Shown in pieces: positions 39,372 to 49,417 of a DNA stretch of 64,000 nt. The position numbers were made by a program, and so were the translations under genes. The stretch is taken from NCBI GenBank assembly GCA_020852295.1, contig JADZBC010000016.1, forward strand, positions 294-64,293, in the 5' to 3' direction. The stretch is from a bacterium (lineage in GTDB: Bacteria; Patescibacteriota; Saccharimonadia; CAILAD01; JADZBC01). The number at the start of each line of letters is the position of its first letter. The stretch's first letter is position 1. The notes under the pieces are model-generated. The model made no database searches and was not told the DNA's origin. It worked only from the letters and a program-made list of their open reading frames with translations.

Positions 39372-39430
39372 ACCCCCGGATCCCCGAAAGGAGCAATCCA
39401 CAGGGTGATCCGGGCACCCACAGCAATCAT

Positions 39431-39466
39431 TACAAAAAAAGAGCCCCCGGGGGCTCTTTTTTTGTA
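39431..39466. terminator. Perfect 36-bp palindrome, bidirectional terminator
   Basis: TACAAAAAAAGAGCCCCC|GGGGGCTCTTTTTTTGTA between convergent genes. Confidence 0.85.
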
Positions 39467-40543
39467 CTAGATCTTGATATATTCGGCTATCTTAGCCTTG
39501 CTACGCTGATCCTTGAGCCAACTATCGAGGTCGGTCGCCTTGATAAGTATCTGCGAGATACGGACCTGATCATCTTTCTTTTCGGTAACCTTAATGATGT
39601 GGTAACCGTACTGGGTCTTGATAATGTCGCTGTATTTACCAACTTCCAGCTTAAAGGCAGCGTCTTCGAGCTCAGGAACTCCGAGCTGACCACGGCCCAC
39701 AAAACCGAGATCACCACCGTTACTCGCGTAGCCATCAGTTGAAGTCTTTTTGGCAAGTTCGGCAAAGTCCGCACCAGACCCAAGCTGCTTGAGGACATCA
39801 TCGGCCTGCTTCTTGGCAGTCGCGTTGAGCTTGTCATCTTTCACGATCTTGTCGCCAAGCTTTTGCTGCAAGATTCCATCGCGAATCTTGTCTTTGAAGT
39901 CAGCTACCGTCCAGCCATAAAGTTTGTCTAGAGTTGTTTTTACTTTGTCTGGACCACCTGCTTCTTTGACGATGTTGTTGTACTGATCTTCGATCTCTTT
40001 TTGAGAAACAGTAATACTATACTTACGTGCGCCCTGGGCGTAGATGATGTTGTTTTCGAGACGCGTCAGGATCTCCTTCTTCATTTTGGCAAGCTGTTCT
40101 TTGCCTTCTTTTGAGTTGAGGTCAGTGCCCTGGTACTGCAAGTATTTTTTGATTGAGTTTACTTCAAAAAGATACTGTCGATAGGTTGCGACGTTCCACA
40201 GTACGCTACCGTTGACGCTCACTACTGGATACGGCACGATCATGGCAGCGATCTCAACGGCTCGGCTCTCGCTCTTATTCTTGTAAATGAGTACACCAAA
40301 AGTCACGAGCGTTACTACCAGCGCCGCCAATGCCCCGACACCGATAATCACTGCAAGCTTTTTGTTTGGTTCACGCTTCACTCCAAGCTTTTTGAGCCGC
40401 TCTGAAAAACCCGGCTTTGTAGGGGTCTCAACTTTAGCAGCAGCTGGCTTTGTAGTCTTAGCTGGAGTCGATTTTGTAGTAGCTTTGACTGGCTTCTTGG
40501 CTGAGGTTGATTTTGGTTTTTTACTATCTGATGCGGTGGCCAT
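39467..40543 (-). CDS. prsA: PrsA/SurA-like peptidyl-prolyl isomerase foldase
   Basis: TM anchor, SurA N-domain, [12 protein letters not shown]....NGGDLG, AAFKL..G..S.II.T.YGYHII. Confidence 0.88.
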   Translation of the reverse strand: MATASDSKKPKSTSAKKPVKATTKSTPAKTTKPAAAKVETPTKPGFSERLKKLGVKREPNKKLAVIIGVGALAALVVTLVTFGVLIYKNKSESRAVEIAAMIVPYPVVSVNGSVLWNVATYRQYLFEVNSIKKYLQYQGTDLNSKEGKEQLAKMKKEILTRLENNIIYAQGARKYSITVSQKEIEDQYNNIVKEAGGPDKVKTTLDKLYGWTVADFKDKIRDGILQQKLGDKIVKDDKLNATAKKQADDVLKQLGSGADFAELAKKTSTDGYASNGGDLGFVGRGQLGVPELEDAAFKLEVGKYSDIIKTQYGYHIIKVTEKKDDQVRISQILIKATDLDSWLKDQRSKAKIAEYIKI

Positions 40544-40578
40544 ATTTCTTCCTCTTAGATTTCATGCTCTATCATATA

Positions 40579-41121
40579 CTACCTGGTTGGGTGTGTCGAA
40601 TCAAAAGCCTGAACGGCATCAAGAATCTTCTGCTGAAACTTGGCTGGTCGGTGTACAAAGTCCATATTGAATCCGCCACTTCCAGAAAGCGTTTCAACCA
40701 CAACATCGCCATAACCGAAAGCGGAAGCCTGAAAGCCGTCGATTTTATAGTTAACGCTCTGAATATTGTTGAGTGCAAGGTCAGACACTGACCTTCGGAA
40801 GAACCCGCGCTGGGTAATAACGGTCAGCTTTGTTGAAGTCAGCAGATAAATGCTATAGTACCAACCGACCCACTCGCGCAGCCAGTACCACGCCAAAACA
40901 GCGAAAGCCACAAACATCCAGTTGTAAGCCATACCGAGCCAGTCCGCTCCAGTATTCATAGCAAATGCCCACGGAATCATACCTACTAGTATAATGAGCA
41001 TGCCATGTATTAAGGGCCAGCGCATGACCACCGGAAAACGACGAACGACGGCAATTACGTCTTCGTCACTGTCTTGTTGATGTTGTCGCTTTGTTACGTC
41101 GCGCTTAACTGGTCGATCCAT
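40579..41121 (-). CDS. Bacterial PH-domain (bPH_2) membrane protein
   Basis: 2 TMs, then Y.LT..K......GFF, IQSV, FGYGDV.VET. Confidence 0.78.
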   Translation of the reverse strand: MDRPVKRDVTKRQHQQDSDEDVIAVVRRFPVVMRWPLIHGMLIILVGMIPWAFAMNTGADWLGMAYNWMFVAFAVLAWYWLREWVGWYYSIYLLTSTKLTVITQRGFFRRSVSDLALNNIQSVNYKIDGFQASAFGYGDVVVETLSGSGGFNMDFVHRPAKFQQKILDAVQAFDSTHPTR

Positions 41122-41211
41122 AACTACATTGTACAATAATTCAGATCCTAAAGCGGAAACCCGACCGTCGTTGGTCGGGCTGGTGGCAATATGAAACCGC
41201 CATGTCCGCTT

Positions 41212-41670
41212 TTACAGGTGCCACTCGTAGTAGATCTTGTCTCCCTTCTGCTCGATGACGACCCGGTCCGAAGAGCGCGGCAGCTCTCGGATATCTGCCT
41301 GACACAGCCGTACAGACTCACGAGCCATCCGACTCGTGTAACTGTAGACACGTTCCGCAGAACGACCTCTGGTATAAAGCGTGATGCGCTTCTGCGCCAG
41401 ATAGTCGAGCAGCTGCTTGATGGCCGCCGTCTTGCTCGTTGCCAGTATCCAGAAGTACTCTTCGCGCCCTGAGTTGATGGCAAGCAAGTAGTACTGCTCG
41501 GTTCGGACCCGAGTTGGGTGCCGCGACCGCGCAGCCTGGACTTCCTCGGGCTCTGGCACGAGCTCGAGCCACGGCTCGTCAAAGTCGAGATCGCTGACGT
41601 CTTCGTCGCACGCAGGGCAGATCGTCGTCTCGGGAGAGATCGACGCCCCACAGTTTAGACAACGGTACAT
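41212..41670 (-). CDS. GC-rich orphan with N-terminal zinc ribbon
   Basis: MYRCLNCG...CPAC; GGAGGTGA RBS; TTGACA upstream. Confidence 0.65.
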   Translation of the reverse strand: MYRCLNCGASISPETTICPACDEDVSDLDFDEPWLELVPEPEEVQAARSRHPTRVRTEQYYLLAINSGREEYFWILATSKTAAIKQLLDYLAQKRITLYTRGRSAERVYSYTSRMARESVRLCQADIRELPRSSDRVVIEQKGDKIYYEWHL

Positions 41671-41781
41671 AGGACGGATCACCTCCACTACACTTGTAAA
41701 GCTACGGACGCCCCAAAACTACAATCATAAGTAATTTATGTCAAGCTGATATCTTACACTTTGGTATAATAGTCTTGCCCT

Positions 41782-41857
41782 ACCCCGGTAGCTCAGTGGA
41801 TAGAGCGTCTCCGTCCTAAGGAGAGCGTCGGGGGTTCGATTCCCTCCCGGGGTACCA
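41782..41857 (+). tRNA. tRNA-Arg(CCT)
   Basis: ACCCCGG...CCGGGGT-A-CCA; anticodon arm TCTCC-GTCCTAA-GGAGA. Confidence 0.9.
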
Positions 41858-41899
41858 AAAAACACTCCATTATTAGAGTGTTTTTCTTTTTCGGACGAT

Positions 41900-42427
41900 C
41901 TATCCTTCCGAGCGGGGCTGGGTGTAGGCTTCGTGGAGCGTAGTATACTCAAAGAGTTCTGACTCAGCAAACCAGTGAGCGATTTCCTGCTTGGCTTCAT
42001 CGGCATCACCAGAGGCGTGAATAAGGTTTGGAATGCCAATCTTTTGGGCATCACCGTGCGCATAGCTCATGTGGGCATAGTCACCACGAATCGTGCCTGG
42101 TTCAGCTGATTTTGGCTCGGTACCACCAACCATCTTACGTACCAGGCTGGCCGCTTCAATGCCCTCGAGCACCATTGCCAGCACTGGTCCGCGATTCATA
42201 AACTTGAGCGTCGCATCAAACACTTCCTCACCGCGACGCGACACCATCTTGCCGATCGTCTCGTAGTGATGATAGTAGTCATCACGACTCGGCTGGATCA
42301 TTTTGGCGCCGACTATCTTCAGACCAACTTTTTCAAATCGGTTTACAATCTCACCAACGATGCCGCGCTGCAAAGCATCTGGTTTGAGGATAATTAGTGT
42401 CTGTTCAACTGTCTCTGGCTTACTCAT
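41900..42427 (-). CDS. ndk: Nucleoside diphosphate kinase
   Basis: TLIILKPDA, PGTIRGD, NLIHAS. Confidence 0.95.
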   Translation of the reverse strand: MSKPETVEQTLIILKPDALQRGIVGEIVNRFEKVGLKIVGAKMIQPSRDDYYHHYETIGKMVSRRGEEVFDATLKFMNRGPVLAMVLEGIEAASLVRKMVGGTEPKSAEPGTIRGDYAHMSYAHGDAQKIGIPNLIHASGDADEAKQEIAHWFAESELFEYTTLHEAYTQPRSEG

Positions 42428-42436
42428 ATCTTCTCC

Positions 42437-43717
42437 TTATTGGGTAATCAATTTTTCGTACTTGGCCTTAGCTGAATCATCAAACGGGCCAATCATCGCC
42501 AAACGCAGATTATCCTTCGCAAGATAATTCTGAGCGACGCGCGCCACATCTGCAGCAGTAACGGCATCTATTTTACGAAGCATTTGCTCGAGCGTCCAGA
42601 TCTTTCCGGTCAAAATAAGATCCGTCCCCATGTCATCCGCAACCGAAAAGTTATTTTCGAGGCCCATAATCATCCGGCCCTTTACCTGCTCGACTGCTTT
42701 TTGTAGCTCGGCACTTGGCACTGGCTCGTCAATGATTTTCTTGAGCTCCTCGCCGATCGCCACAAGCGCCTGCTCGGCCTTGTCTTTATTGACCCCAGCA
42801 TAGATCTCAAACTTACCACTATCGACAAAACCATTGCCGGTCGAGTAAATGGTGTAAGCCAAACCTTTGCGCTCACGGACATTGAGAAATAGTCGTGAGC
42901 TCATACCCCCGCCCAAAATGGCCGACATAACACGCATCGGTGCTTCGTCCTCACTCTCGAGTATCGCGCCTCGAGCACAAACCACCATGTGCACCTGGTT
43001 GGTGTCCTGGTTCACAATGTTTGACCGCTGGTCGGATATTCCACCTTTGATGTGTTCGTAGCCACGACTCGCTTTGGTCTGTAGCTCGCCCAATTTAGCT
43101 TGGGCGGCAGCCACTACATCAGCGTGCTCAACATTGCCCGCCACCGAGACAACCATGTTATCGACCGTATAGAGCGACTTGTAGTAGTCAGCGATGGTCG
43201 AGCGCTGCATGCCGGTAATGATCTCAGCTGTACCAATCACATTGGTGCGCAGCGTGTCCTCAGGCCAAAGCAGATCGCCTACCAGATCAAACACAAAGCG
43301 TGCCGGATCGTCTTTATACACATTCATCTCTTCGAGGATCACGCCTCGTTCGCGCTCGATCTCATCGGGGTCAAACAGTGGATCGGTCAGGATGTCACTG
43401 AGGATATCAAAGGCCAATGTAAAATGCTGCTTGGGTAGCTTGATGTAGTAGGCCGTGTGATCTTCCGTCGTATAGGCGTTCATCAGCCCGCCAACGCTAT
43501 CGACCTCTTCGGCAATGATTTTGGCCGAGGGTCGCTTGGTTGTGCCCTTGAAGAGCAAGTGCTCGAGAAAATGCGCCGCGCCATACTCGGTGGTCATATC
43601 TTCGTAGCGACCGCCCGCCCCTACATAAAATCCAATCGTAACCGAGTCGTTATCTTCCATGCGTCGTGTTACTACGCGCAATCCGTTACTAAGCTTTTCA
43701 ATCTGATGTTTGGTCAT
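42437..43717 (-). CDS. M16 family zinc peptidase
   Basis: HFLEH inverted zincin, NAYT, GGGMSSRLF..VRE.KGLAY. Confidence 0.93.
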   Translation of the reverse strand: MTKHQIEKLSNGLRVVTRRMEDNDSVTIGFYVGAGGRYEDMTTEYGAAHFLEHLLFKGTTKRPSAKIIAEEVDSVGGLMNAYTTEDHTAYYIKLPKQHFTLAFDILSDILTDPLFDPDEIERERGVILEEMNVYKDDPARFVFDLVGDLLWPEDTLRTNVIGTAEIITGMQRSTIADYYKSLYTVDNMVVSVAGNVEHADVVAAAQAKLGELQTKASRGYEHIKGGISDQRSNIVNQDTNQVHMVVCARGAILESEDEAPMRVMSAILGGGMSSRLFLNVRERKGLAYTIYSTGNGFVDSGKFEIYAGVNKDKAEQALVAIGEELKKIIDEPVPSAELQKAVEQVKGRMIMGLENNFSVADDMGTDLILTGKIWTLEQMLRKIDAVTAADVARVAQNYLAKDNLRLAMIGPFDDSAKAKYEKLITQ

Positions 43718-44331
43718 TTTGTATCCTTTTTACTGTTCATTTTTCTGCCGACGAACCTGACGAGGAAAAGTACTACTGCCAATATTACCAAATAGTCGAC
43801 GTAGTGGAGGTATTCATAATAATCACGCCAGCTCTCGCCGAGTGCGTAGCCAAGGCTCACGAAAACCGCCGACCAGACCAGCGAACCAAGAAATGTATCC
43901 CGTAAAAATACGCGGACATCCATCCCAAACGTGCCGGCCGGGAAACTAATAAAGGTACGGATCACTGGGGTGAGACGCGATATAAAGATAGCCTTACTGC
44001 CCCGTTTCTTAAACCACGCCTCGGCTTTCTCGTAGTCATGGGCCGATATCAGCAGGTACTTGCCATATTTCTTCACCAGCGGACCACCACCATACTTACC
44101 GATAGCATAAGCCAGTCCCGCACCAACAGTCTGCGCAAATGCCCCTAGAAGGATCACAATCCAGAAGTTAAACTTCCCAACCCGTGCCTGCGAGCCAGCG
44201 AGAGCCAGGACTGCCTCTGACGGGATCGGCACACCGCAGTTATCGACAATCAGTATGATCGTAATGCCCAAGTAGCCGATACGATCGATAAAACCAATGG
44301 CAAATTCAAGTAGACTGGCGGTCAAGTTCAA
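43714..44331 (-). CDS. DedA family membrane protein
   Basis: PIPSE, R..PVIRTFIS.PAG. Confidence 0.92.
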   Translation of the reverse strand: MNLTASLLEFAIGFIDRIGYLGITIILIVDNCGVPIPSEAVLALAGSQARVGKFNFWIVILLGAFAQTVGAGLAYAIGKYGGGPLVKKYGKYLLISAHDYEKAEAWFKKRGSKAIFISRLTPVIRTFISFPAGTFGMDVRVFLRDTFLGSLVWSAVFVSLGYALGESWRDYYEYLHYVDYLVILAVVLFLVRFVGRKMNSKKDTK

Positions 44332-44358
44332 CGGCGCGCTTCCTGGTTAAAATGCTTG

Positions 44359-46212
44359 TTATAGTTTAGCAGTTTTGTTGTGGTGGTGGATAGCCACCAT
44401 CAGAATACTCAGATCGGCCGGCGTGATCCCCTGCACCAGCTCCGCCTGTGCGAGCGAGCTTGGGCGAACCTCCATGAGTCGCTCGCGCGCCTCATTGCGC
44501 AGGCCCTTAACCGTCTTGTAGTCAAGTTCGGCGGGGATTTTGTGAGTGCGGCGCTGCTGCAGCTTTTGCGCATCTCGCTGCTGCTTTGCAAAGTAACCAC
44601 TGTATTTGACCTCATTCTCAACACAACTCGCGATGTCGCTTGGCAAATGCTCGAGACCATATGCTTGGCAGGTAGCCGCAAAATCATGTTCCGGACGTGT
44701 GAGGTACTGATAAGCCGTTACCTTGCGACCATCGATCGTCTTACTACTCGTGTGAAGGAGTGCAATGTAGTCATCAATGGCGCGCTGCTTGGTTATTACC
44801 CGTTCGTAGGCGAGCCGCCCCAGCAAACCAAGCTTATAGCCATATTTACTGAGCCGTAGATCGGCATTGTCATTGCGCAGCAGCAAGCGAAACTCGGCAC
44901 GCGAAGTAAACATGCGATATGGCTCAACGTGGATTTTGGTTACCAAATCTTCAATTAATACACCGATATAACTTTCGCTTCGCTCGAGCGTGAATGGCTT
45001 TTTGCCGAGTGCCTTGCGAGCTGCATTTATACCTGATATGAGACCCTGGGCAGCTGCCTCTTCGTAGCCAGTTGTACCATTGAGTTGGCCCGCCAAAAAC
45101 AGATTTTGAACAACTTTTGTTTCCAATGTAAGACCGAGTTGATGTGGCATAAAAAAGTCATACACCACGGCATAGCCCGGTGCTAAAAACTTGGCATTTT
45201 CCAATCCCGGAATGGTGCGAATGATTTTTTCTTGTAGCTCAGCCGGAAACGCCAACGAACCACCCTGTATATACATACGCTCGCCATCAGGCCCGTCAGC
45301 TCGCCCCTCTGGCTCAATAAAGATCGGATGACGGCTCTTCTCCGGAAAATTAGCTACCTTGCGATCAAGTGATGGGCAGCTCCGTGGCGCGCGCTCGGTG
45401 ATGAGTCCTGAAAAAATCGGTGACTTTTTGAGGTTATCGAGAATAAGCTGGTGCGTCTTCTCGTTGGTATAGGTCAGATAGCAAGGTTCTTGCTCGCTGA
45501 GTGACATCAACTCTGTATCGGGATATGAGAAGCTCACTGCCCCACCACTCCCGGATGCCACTTCCATCTGATCATAATCAATGCTATCGCGAGCGATCCG
45601 TGGTGGTGTCCCGGTTTTTAACCGGCCCGACTTGAGTCCAAGCGCCAAGAGAGACTCGGTCAGGCCCTCACTTGCCTTCTCGTCCATTCGTCCACCCTTT
45701 TTGACCACCTCATCGCCGATGATAATCTCCCCATTGAGAAAAGTGCCACCACAGACCACGACAGCCTTGGTGTCAATCTCGCCTGTTTCAGCTGTTTTGA
45801 CGGCTTCTACGACGCCATTGGGCGCCACCACTGCCTTGACCTCATCCTGAAGCAGATCAAGCCCATCGGTGGTCATCAGCACCTCGAGCATATGCTCGTT
45901 GTAGAGCGTCTTATCGAGCTGGGCACGGTAGGCACGAACTGCCGGCCCTTTGCTGGTATTGAGCTGCTTGATCTGTATCGCGCTCTTGTCGGCCACCTCG
46001 GCCATAATGCCGCCAAGGGCACCTATTTCACGCACCAAGTGCCCCTTGCCAGGCCCACCGATGCTTGGATTACATGGCAAAGTCGCCACTTTCTGGAGAT
46101 TGGTGGTAATTAACAGGGTCTGGGCGCCAAGCTTGGCGGCGGCTACAGCGGCTTCACAGCCTGCATGACCAGCACCAACGACGATAACATCGTACATTTT
46201 ATCTGTTTGCAT
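44359..46212 (-). CDS. mnmG: tRNA uridine-5-carboxymethylaminomethyl modification enzyme
   Basis: [49 protein letters not shown]. Confidence 0.96.
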   Translation of the reverse strand: MQTDKMYDVIVVGAGHAGCEAAVAAAKLGAQTLLITTNLQKVATLPCNPSIGGPGKGHLVREIGALGGIMAEVADKSAIQIKQLNTSKGPAVRAYRAQLDKTLYNEHMLEVLMTTDGLDLLQDEVKAVVAPNGVVEAVKTAETGEIDTKAVVVCGGTFLNGEIIIGDEVVKKGGRMDEKASEGLTESLLALGLKSGRLKTGTPPRIARDSIDYDQMEVASGSGGAVSFSYPDTELMSLSEQEPCYLTYTNEKTHQLILDNLKKSPIFSGLITERAPRSCPSLDRKVANFPEKSRHPIFIEPEGRADGPDGERMYIQGGSLAFPAELQEKIIRTIPGLENAKFLAPGYAVVYDFFMPHQLGLTLETKVVQNLFLAGQLNGTTGYEEAAAQGLISGINAARKALGKKPFTLERSESYIGVLIEDLVTKIHVEPYRMFTSRAEFRLLLRNDNADLRLSKYGYKLGLLGRLAYERVITKQRAIDDYIALLHTSSKTIDGRKVTAYQYLTRPEHDFAATCQAYGLEHLPSDIASCVENEVKYSGYFAKQQRDAQKLQQRRTHKIPAELDYKTVKGLRNEARERLMEVRPSSLAQAELVQGITPADLSILMVAIHHHNKTAKL

Positions 46213-46271
46213 GACACTCATTATACTAGCCACACCTTGACCAACAAAATCGTAGCCCTTAAGCTTAAGGC

Positions 46272-47183
46272 ATGTTCTCCGAATACCTCAGTGATTTTTT
46301 GGACTATCTTGAAGTCGAGCGCGGCCGTAGCCTGAAGACAATCGAAAATTATTCGCACTATCTCAACCGTTTTATAGATTTTACAGATGACGTGCAGGTT
46401 AAAAAGATTGATGTTGAGCTGATCAGTAAATGGCGCCAGTGGCTCAATCGTCTCAAGCTTGAGGATGGCCGCGAGGTCAGCCGCACAACTCAAAACTATC
46501 ACCTGATCGCAATGCGGAGTTTTCTCAAATACCTAGCCAAGCGCAATATCCCCTCTTTAGGCCCCGAGAAGATTGAACTTGCCACCACCAAGCGCCCCCA
46601 AGTAAGCTTTCTGACTAAGGAAGAGATTGAGAGGCTCTTTAGTACGGTGGCCAATATTGAGTCCCCTATCGGACGGCGCGACTACGCCATCCTGAGTATG
46701 CTTTTTAGTACGGGCTTACGGGTATCCGAGCTTACTAATCTCAATGTCGAGAATATCAACCTACAGCGTGGCGAGTTTACCGTCCGTGGAAAGGGCCAAA
46801 AAGATCGACCTGTCTTCCTTACAAAAGGGGCAACAATCGCGCTTGAGCGGTACCTAGATGGTCGCCATGACAAGTATGAGCCACTTTTCATCCACTACAG
46901 CGGCAGCAAAAGTGAACTTGATGGGAACTACACCCGACTTACGCCCCGTAGTATCCAGCGCATCGTCGAGAAATACGCCAAGGCGGCCGGCATCACGAAG
47001 CATGTCACGCCACACACACTCCGACACTCTTTTGCGACCGACCTACTTATCAACGGTGCTGATCTTCGTAGCGTCCAGTCCCTCCTTGGACATAGCAATA
47101 TCGCTACGACACAGGTGTATACGCACTTGACCGACCCTCAGCTGCGTGAAGTTCACAAAAAGTTTCATTCAGATAACGAATAG
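46272..47183 (+). CDS. Xer-family tyrosine recombinase (XerC/XerD-like)
   Basis: [28 protein letters not shown]....TTQVY. Confidence 0.92.
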   Translation: MFSEYLSDFLDYLEVERGRSLKTIENYSHYLNRFIDFTDDVQVKKIDVELISKWRQWLNRLKLEDGREVSRTTQNYHLIAMRSFLKYLAKRNIPSLGPEKIELATTKRPQVSFLTKEEIERLFSTVANIESPIGRRDYAILSMLFSTGLRVSELTNLNVENINLQRGEFTVRGKGQKDRPVFLTKGATIALERYLDGRHDKYEPLFIHYSGSKSELDGNYTRLTPRSIQRIVEKYAKAAGITKHVTPHTLRHSFATDLLINGADLRSVQSLLGHSNIATTQVYTHLTDPQLREVHKKFHSDNE

Positions 47184-47184
47184 T

Positions 47185-48240
47185 CTAGTTCTCGCAGGTT
47201 GGGTCATTTTTGCCGGCATTTGGACCAGCACCGCTGTAATCGCTATAGACCTGCATGGTTTTACAAAGGTTTTTGCCGGAGTAGAGGACATTTGATACAA
47301 AATCAAATGTCGTGTATTCGATTGGCTTCGTAGCCTGTACCCGACGATAGGTCTGGCCTGACCGAGCAGTGACATCGATCACGGCGTACGGAAAACGCAC
47401 ATTCGACGGGTTGCCTGCGGAGTCGGCAAAACGCATAGAGTAACTCGTGCCGGTATATCGAGACGTAACTCGGATGACAACATTTTTACCCGATGGAATA
47501 CCAAGTGTTGCTAGGTCAACATAGCCGGTACCGTTCGCATTTGGATAGCCACATTGATAATTATTCATTGCAGCTGGCGGATTTGGGTTGCAGCCACTTG
47601 GGCTGAGCAGAATAGTCTTCATTGGAAGGCTGCCGCCAGAAAAGTCTGAAGCGTTGAACTTATCGGGATCTCCCACATTGCCATACCAGACAAATGTGAG
47701 CTCTAGCGTCGCAGGACGCGAACCATAAGCACTCAAGACTGGATAGTATGGATTTGGTGCTGCTGGTAGTCCTGAGGCAGCACCGTCTGTGCCCTTTAGG
47801 CCCCAGTTTAGGCGTAAGTTTCGAACATCCGAAACTCGCGACAAATCAACCTGAACTGTATTGTCGCGATCGATTTGACCACTCATACTGTCACCTTGAT
47901 TGGTTACCGTGGCGCACGTCACCGCTACATCACCCTGAGCATCATTGATTTTCTGTTCAGGCTGCTGGCTACCGGTGTCGCCAAAGTCGTTACATTTCTC
48001 AAATGTCTTACTTGGATCGGCCGCGATCTGCTGCGCCAACTCCTGCACCTTCGATTGAGCACCATTGAGCGCACGGTTACTCTGGTCAGTGTTACTTGCT
48101 TGGCGACTCTCTTGGTTTGAAAGCAACGTAAGCCCGGCAATCATACCAACAACAACAATGCTCAATATGATCGTAACCAGGATTGAGGCTGCACCAGTTT
48201 TTTTCTTGAAAAGCTTACTCATATGCTTTGATTGGTCCAC
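47185..48240 (-). CDS. PilX-like minor pilin / pilus assembly protein
   Basis: KKTG|AASIL hydrophobic N-terminus without E5; last gene of the pilin cluster. Confidence 0.7.
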   Translation of the reverse strand: MDQSKHMSKLFKKKTGAASILVTIILSIVVVGMIAGLTLLSNQESRQASNTDQSNRALNGAQSKVQELAQQIAADPSKTFEKCNDFGDTGSQQPEQKINDAQGDVAVTCATVTNQGDSMSGQIDRDNTVQVDLSRVSDVRNLRLNWGLKGTDGAASGLPAAPNPYYPVLSAYGSRPATLELTFVWYGNVGDPDKFNASDFSGGSLPMKTILLSPSGCNPNPPAAMNNYQCGYPNANGTGYVDLATLGIPSGKNVVIRVTSRYTGTSYSMRFADSAGNPSNVRFPYAVIDVTARSGQTYRRVQATKPIEYTTFDFVSNVLYSGKNLCKTMQVYSDYSGAGPNAGKNDPTCEN

Positions 48241-48284
48241 TTCTTTATGCTTATGCTATCACTTATCGCCCACCGCTGCAATCA

Positions 48285-48950
48285 CTATTGATTGAGTCCA
48301 AAGAACGCTACATGGACAGTTAACGTGTTTTGAAACTTCTGCGGCGAGCCAAAAAGAGATACTGGCGGCCCCTTGCGCTTTACGCCGAGCAGTAGATCAA
48401 CTGAATAAGTTTTTGAGCCACCAGATCCCGGCGCCGGGGATGTAGTTACAATTGTCGGATCAAACACGTTCACACTGACACTCTCTGCGCTCACTACTGC
48501 TGCTCCGGTAGCCCTTGTGCCAACCTCATTGTTCAGAGCTGTCTCTTCTGGAGATCCGGCGATGGCCGGGGCGCAGGTTGTAACTGCTGTAGTCAGCTCT
48601 TTTCGCAATAATCTGACCGTAGTATCTGGCGCAGCATAATCAGCTGGGCTGACTACGCTCGTAAAATAGAGGAGTGCTCTCTGGCTTGAGGGCTTCAAAC
48701 AGAGCACCTTGGCACCACCAGAGTTGATAACCTTCATGTCCTGGGAAAATTCGGCTCGTCGGCCAATTTCTTCAGTAATATTACGAACGGCCTGCTGATT
48801 ATCTCGTGAAGAGTTTGCTCCTGCATAGATAGTAAGTGAGTTCACGAACGCGCCAATGGCAGCTATGAGTAGAAAGCTAAACATGGCGGCAGCAATAATC
48901 GCTTCAACTAAGGTGAATCCCGGGCGTTTTTTCCTATAGAGCCGCTTCAT
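48285..48950 (-). CDS. Minor type IV pilin (PilW-like)
   Basis: RPG|FTLVE class III signal peptide. Confidence 0.85.
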   Translation of the reverse strand: MKRLYRKKRPGFTLVEAIIAAAMFSFLLIAAIGAFVNSLTIYAGANSSRDNQQAVRNITEEIGRRAEFSQDMKVINSGGAKVLCLKPSSQRALLYFTSVVSPADYAAPDTTVRLLRKELTTAVTTCAPAIAGSPEETALNNEVGTRATGAAVVSAESVSVNVFDPTIVTTSPAPGSGGSKTYSVDLLLGVKRKGPPVSLFGSPQKFQNTLTVHVAFFGLNQ

Positions 48951-49417
48951 TAGTTAAGATCCCCCAGTCTCACAAATAGCGTTACTTCGTCGGAGGCATC
49001 CCCTACATTTGGTCGGACGGAACTTTGCCACTTCACCGATACAGTAAAGTTGCAGTACGTCACTCCAGCTGGGCAGTCAGGGGTGATTTTTTGTTCAAAT
49101 GGAGTTTCGGTCGTAAGTGCGCCTGATTGCCTTACCCAACCTGCGGCCGGATTGGCAGTATCAAATGACATATAAAAACTTGAGCCCCCTACTTCGCTCT
49201 TAAACGCAGCCCACAGCTTGCTCTTCTTGTATGCCTTGAGTGCATCCGCTTGGCGTTGCGCCAACCCAGTAGCCTTTGTCCGTTCACCCGCAAGTCGCGA
49301 CGCACGCCAGGCATTGAGCGAGCCAGATGTCGCGATCGTAATGACGCTCGCCAGAATTGCCAGACTGATCACTACCTCAATGAGGGTATCGCCACGCCTC
49401 ACGCCTAGATGCTGCAC
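48950..49417 (-). CDS. Minor type IV pilin (PilV-like)
   Basis: RRG|DTLIE class III signal peptide. Confidence 0.85.
   Translation of the reverse strand: MQHLGVRRGDTLIEVVISLAILASVITIATSGSLNAWRASRLAGERTKATGLAQRQADALKAYKKSKLWAAFKSEVGGSSFYMSFDTANPAAGWVRQSGALTTETPFEQKITPDCPAGVTYCNFTVSVKWQSSVRPNVGDASDEVTLFVRLGDLN

Noticed and set aside
36644-42063. ORFs 36644-36877 and 41725-42063
   Set aside because: Antisense translations of tRNA genes or ndk.
46272-47183. Integrase of a mobile element or pilin-shuffling invertase
   Set aside because: Looks like a housekeeping Xer (~300 aa, next to mnmG); no inverted repeats, att sites or silent pilin cassettes seen.
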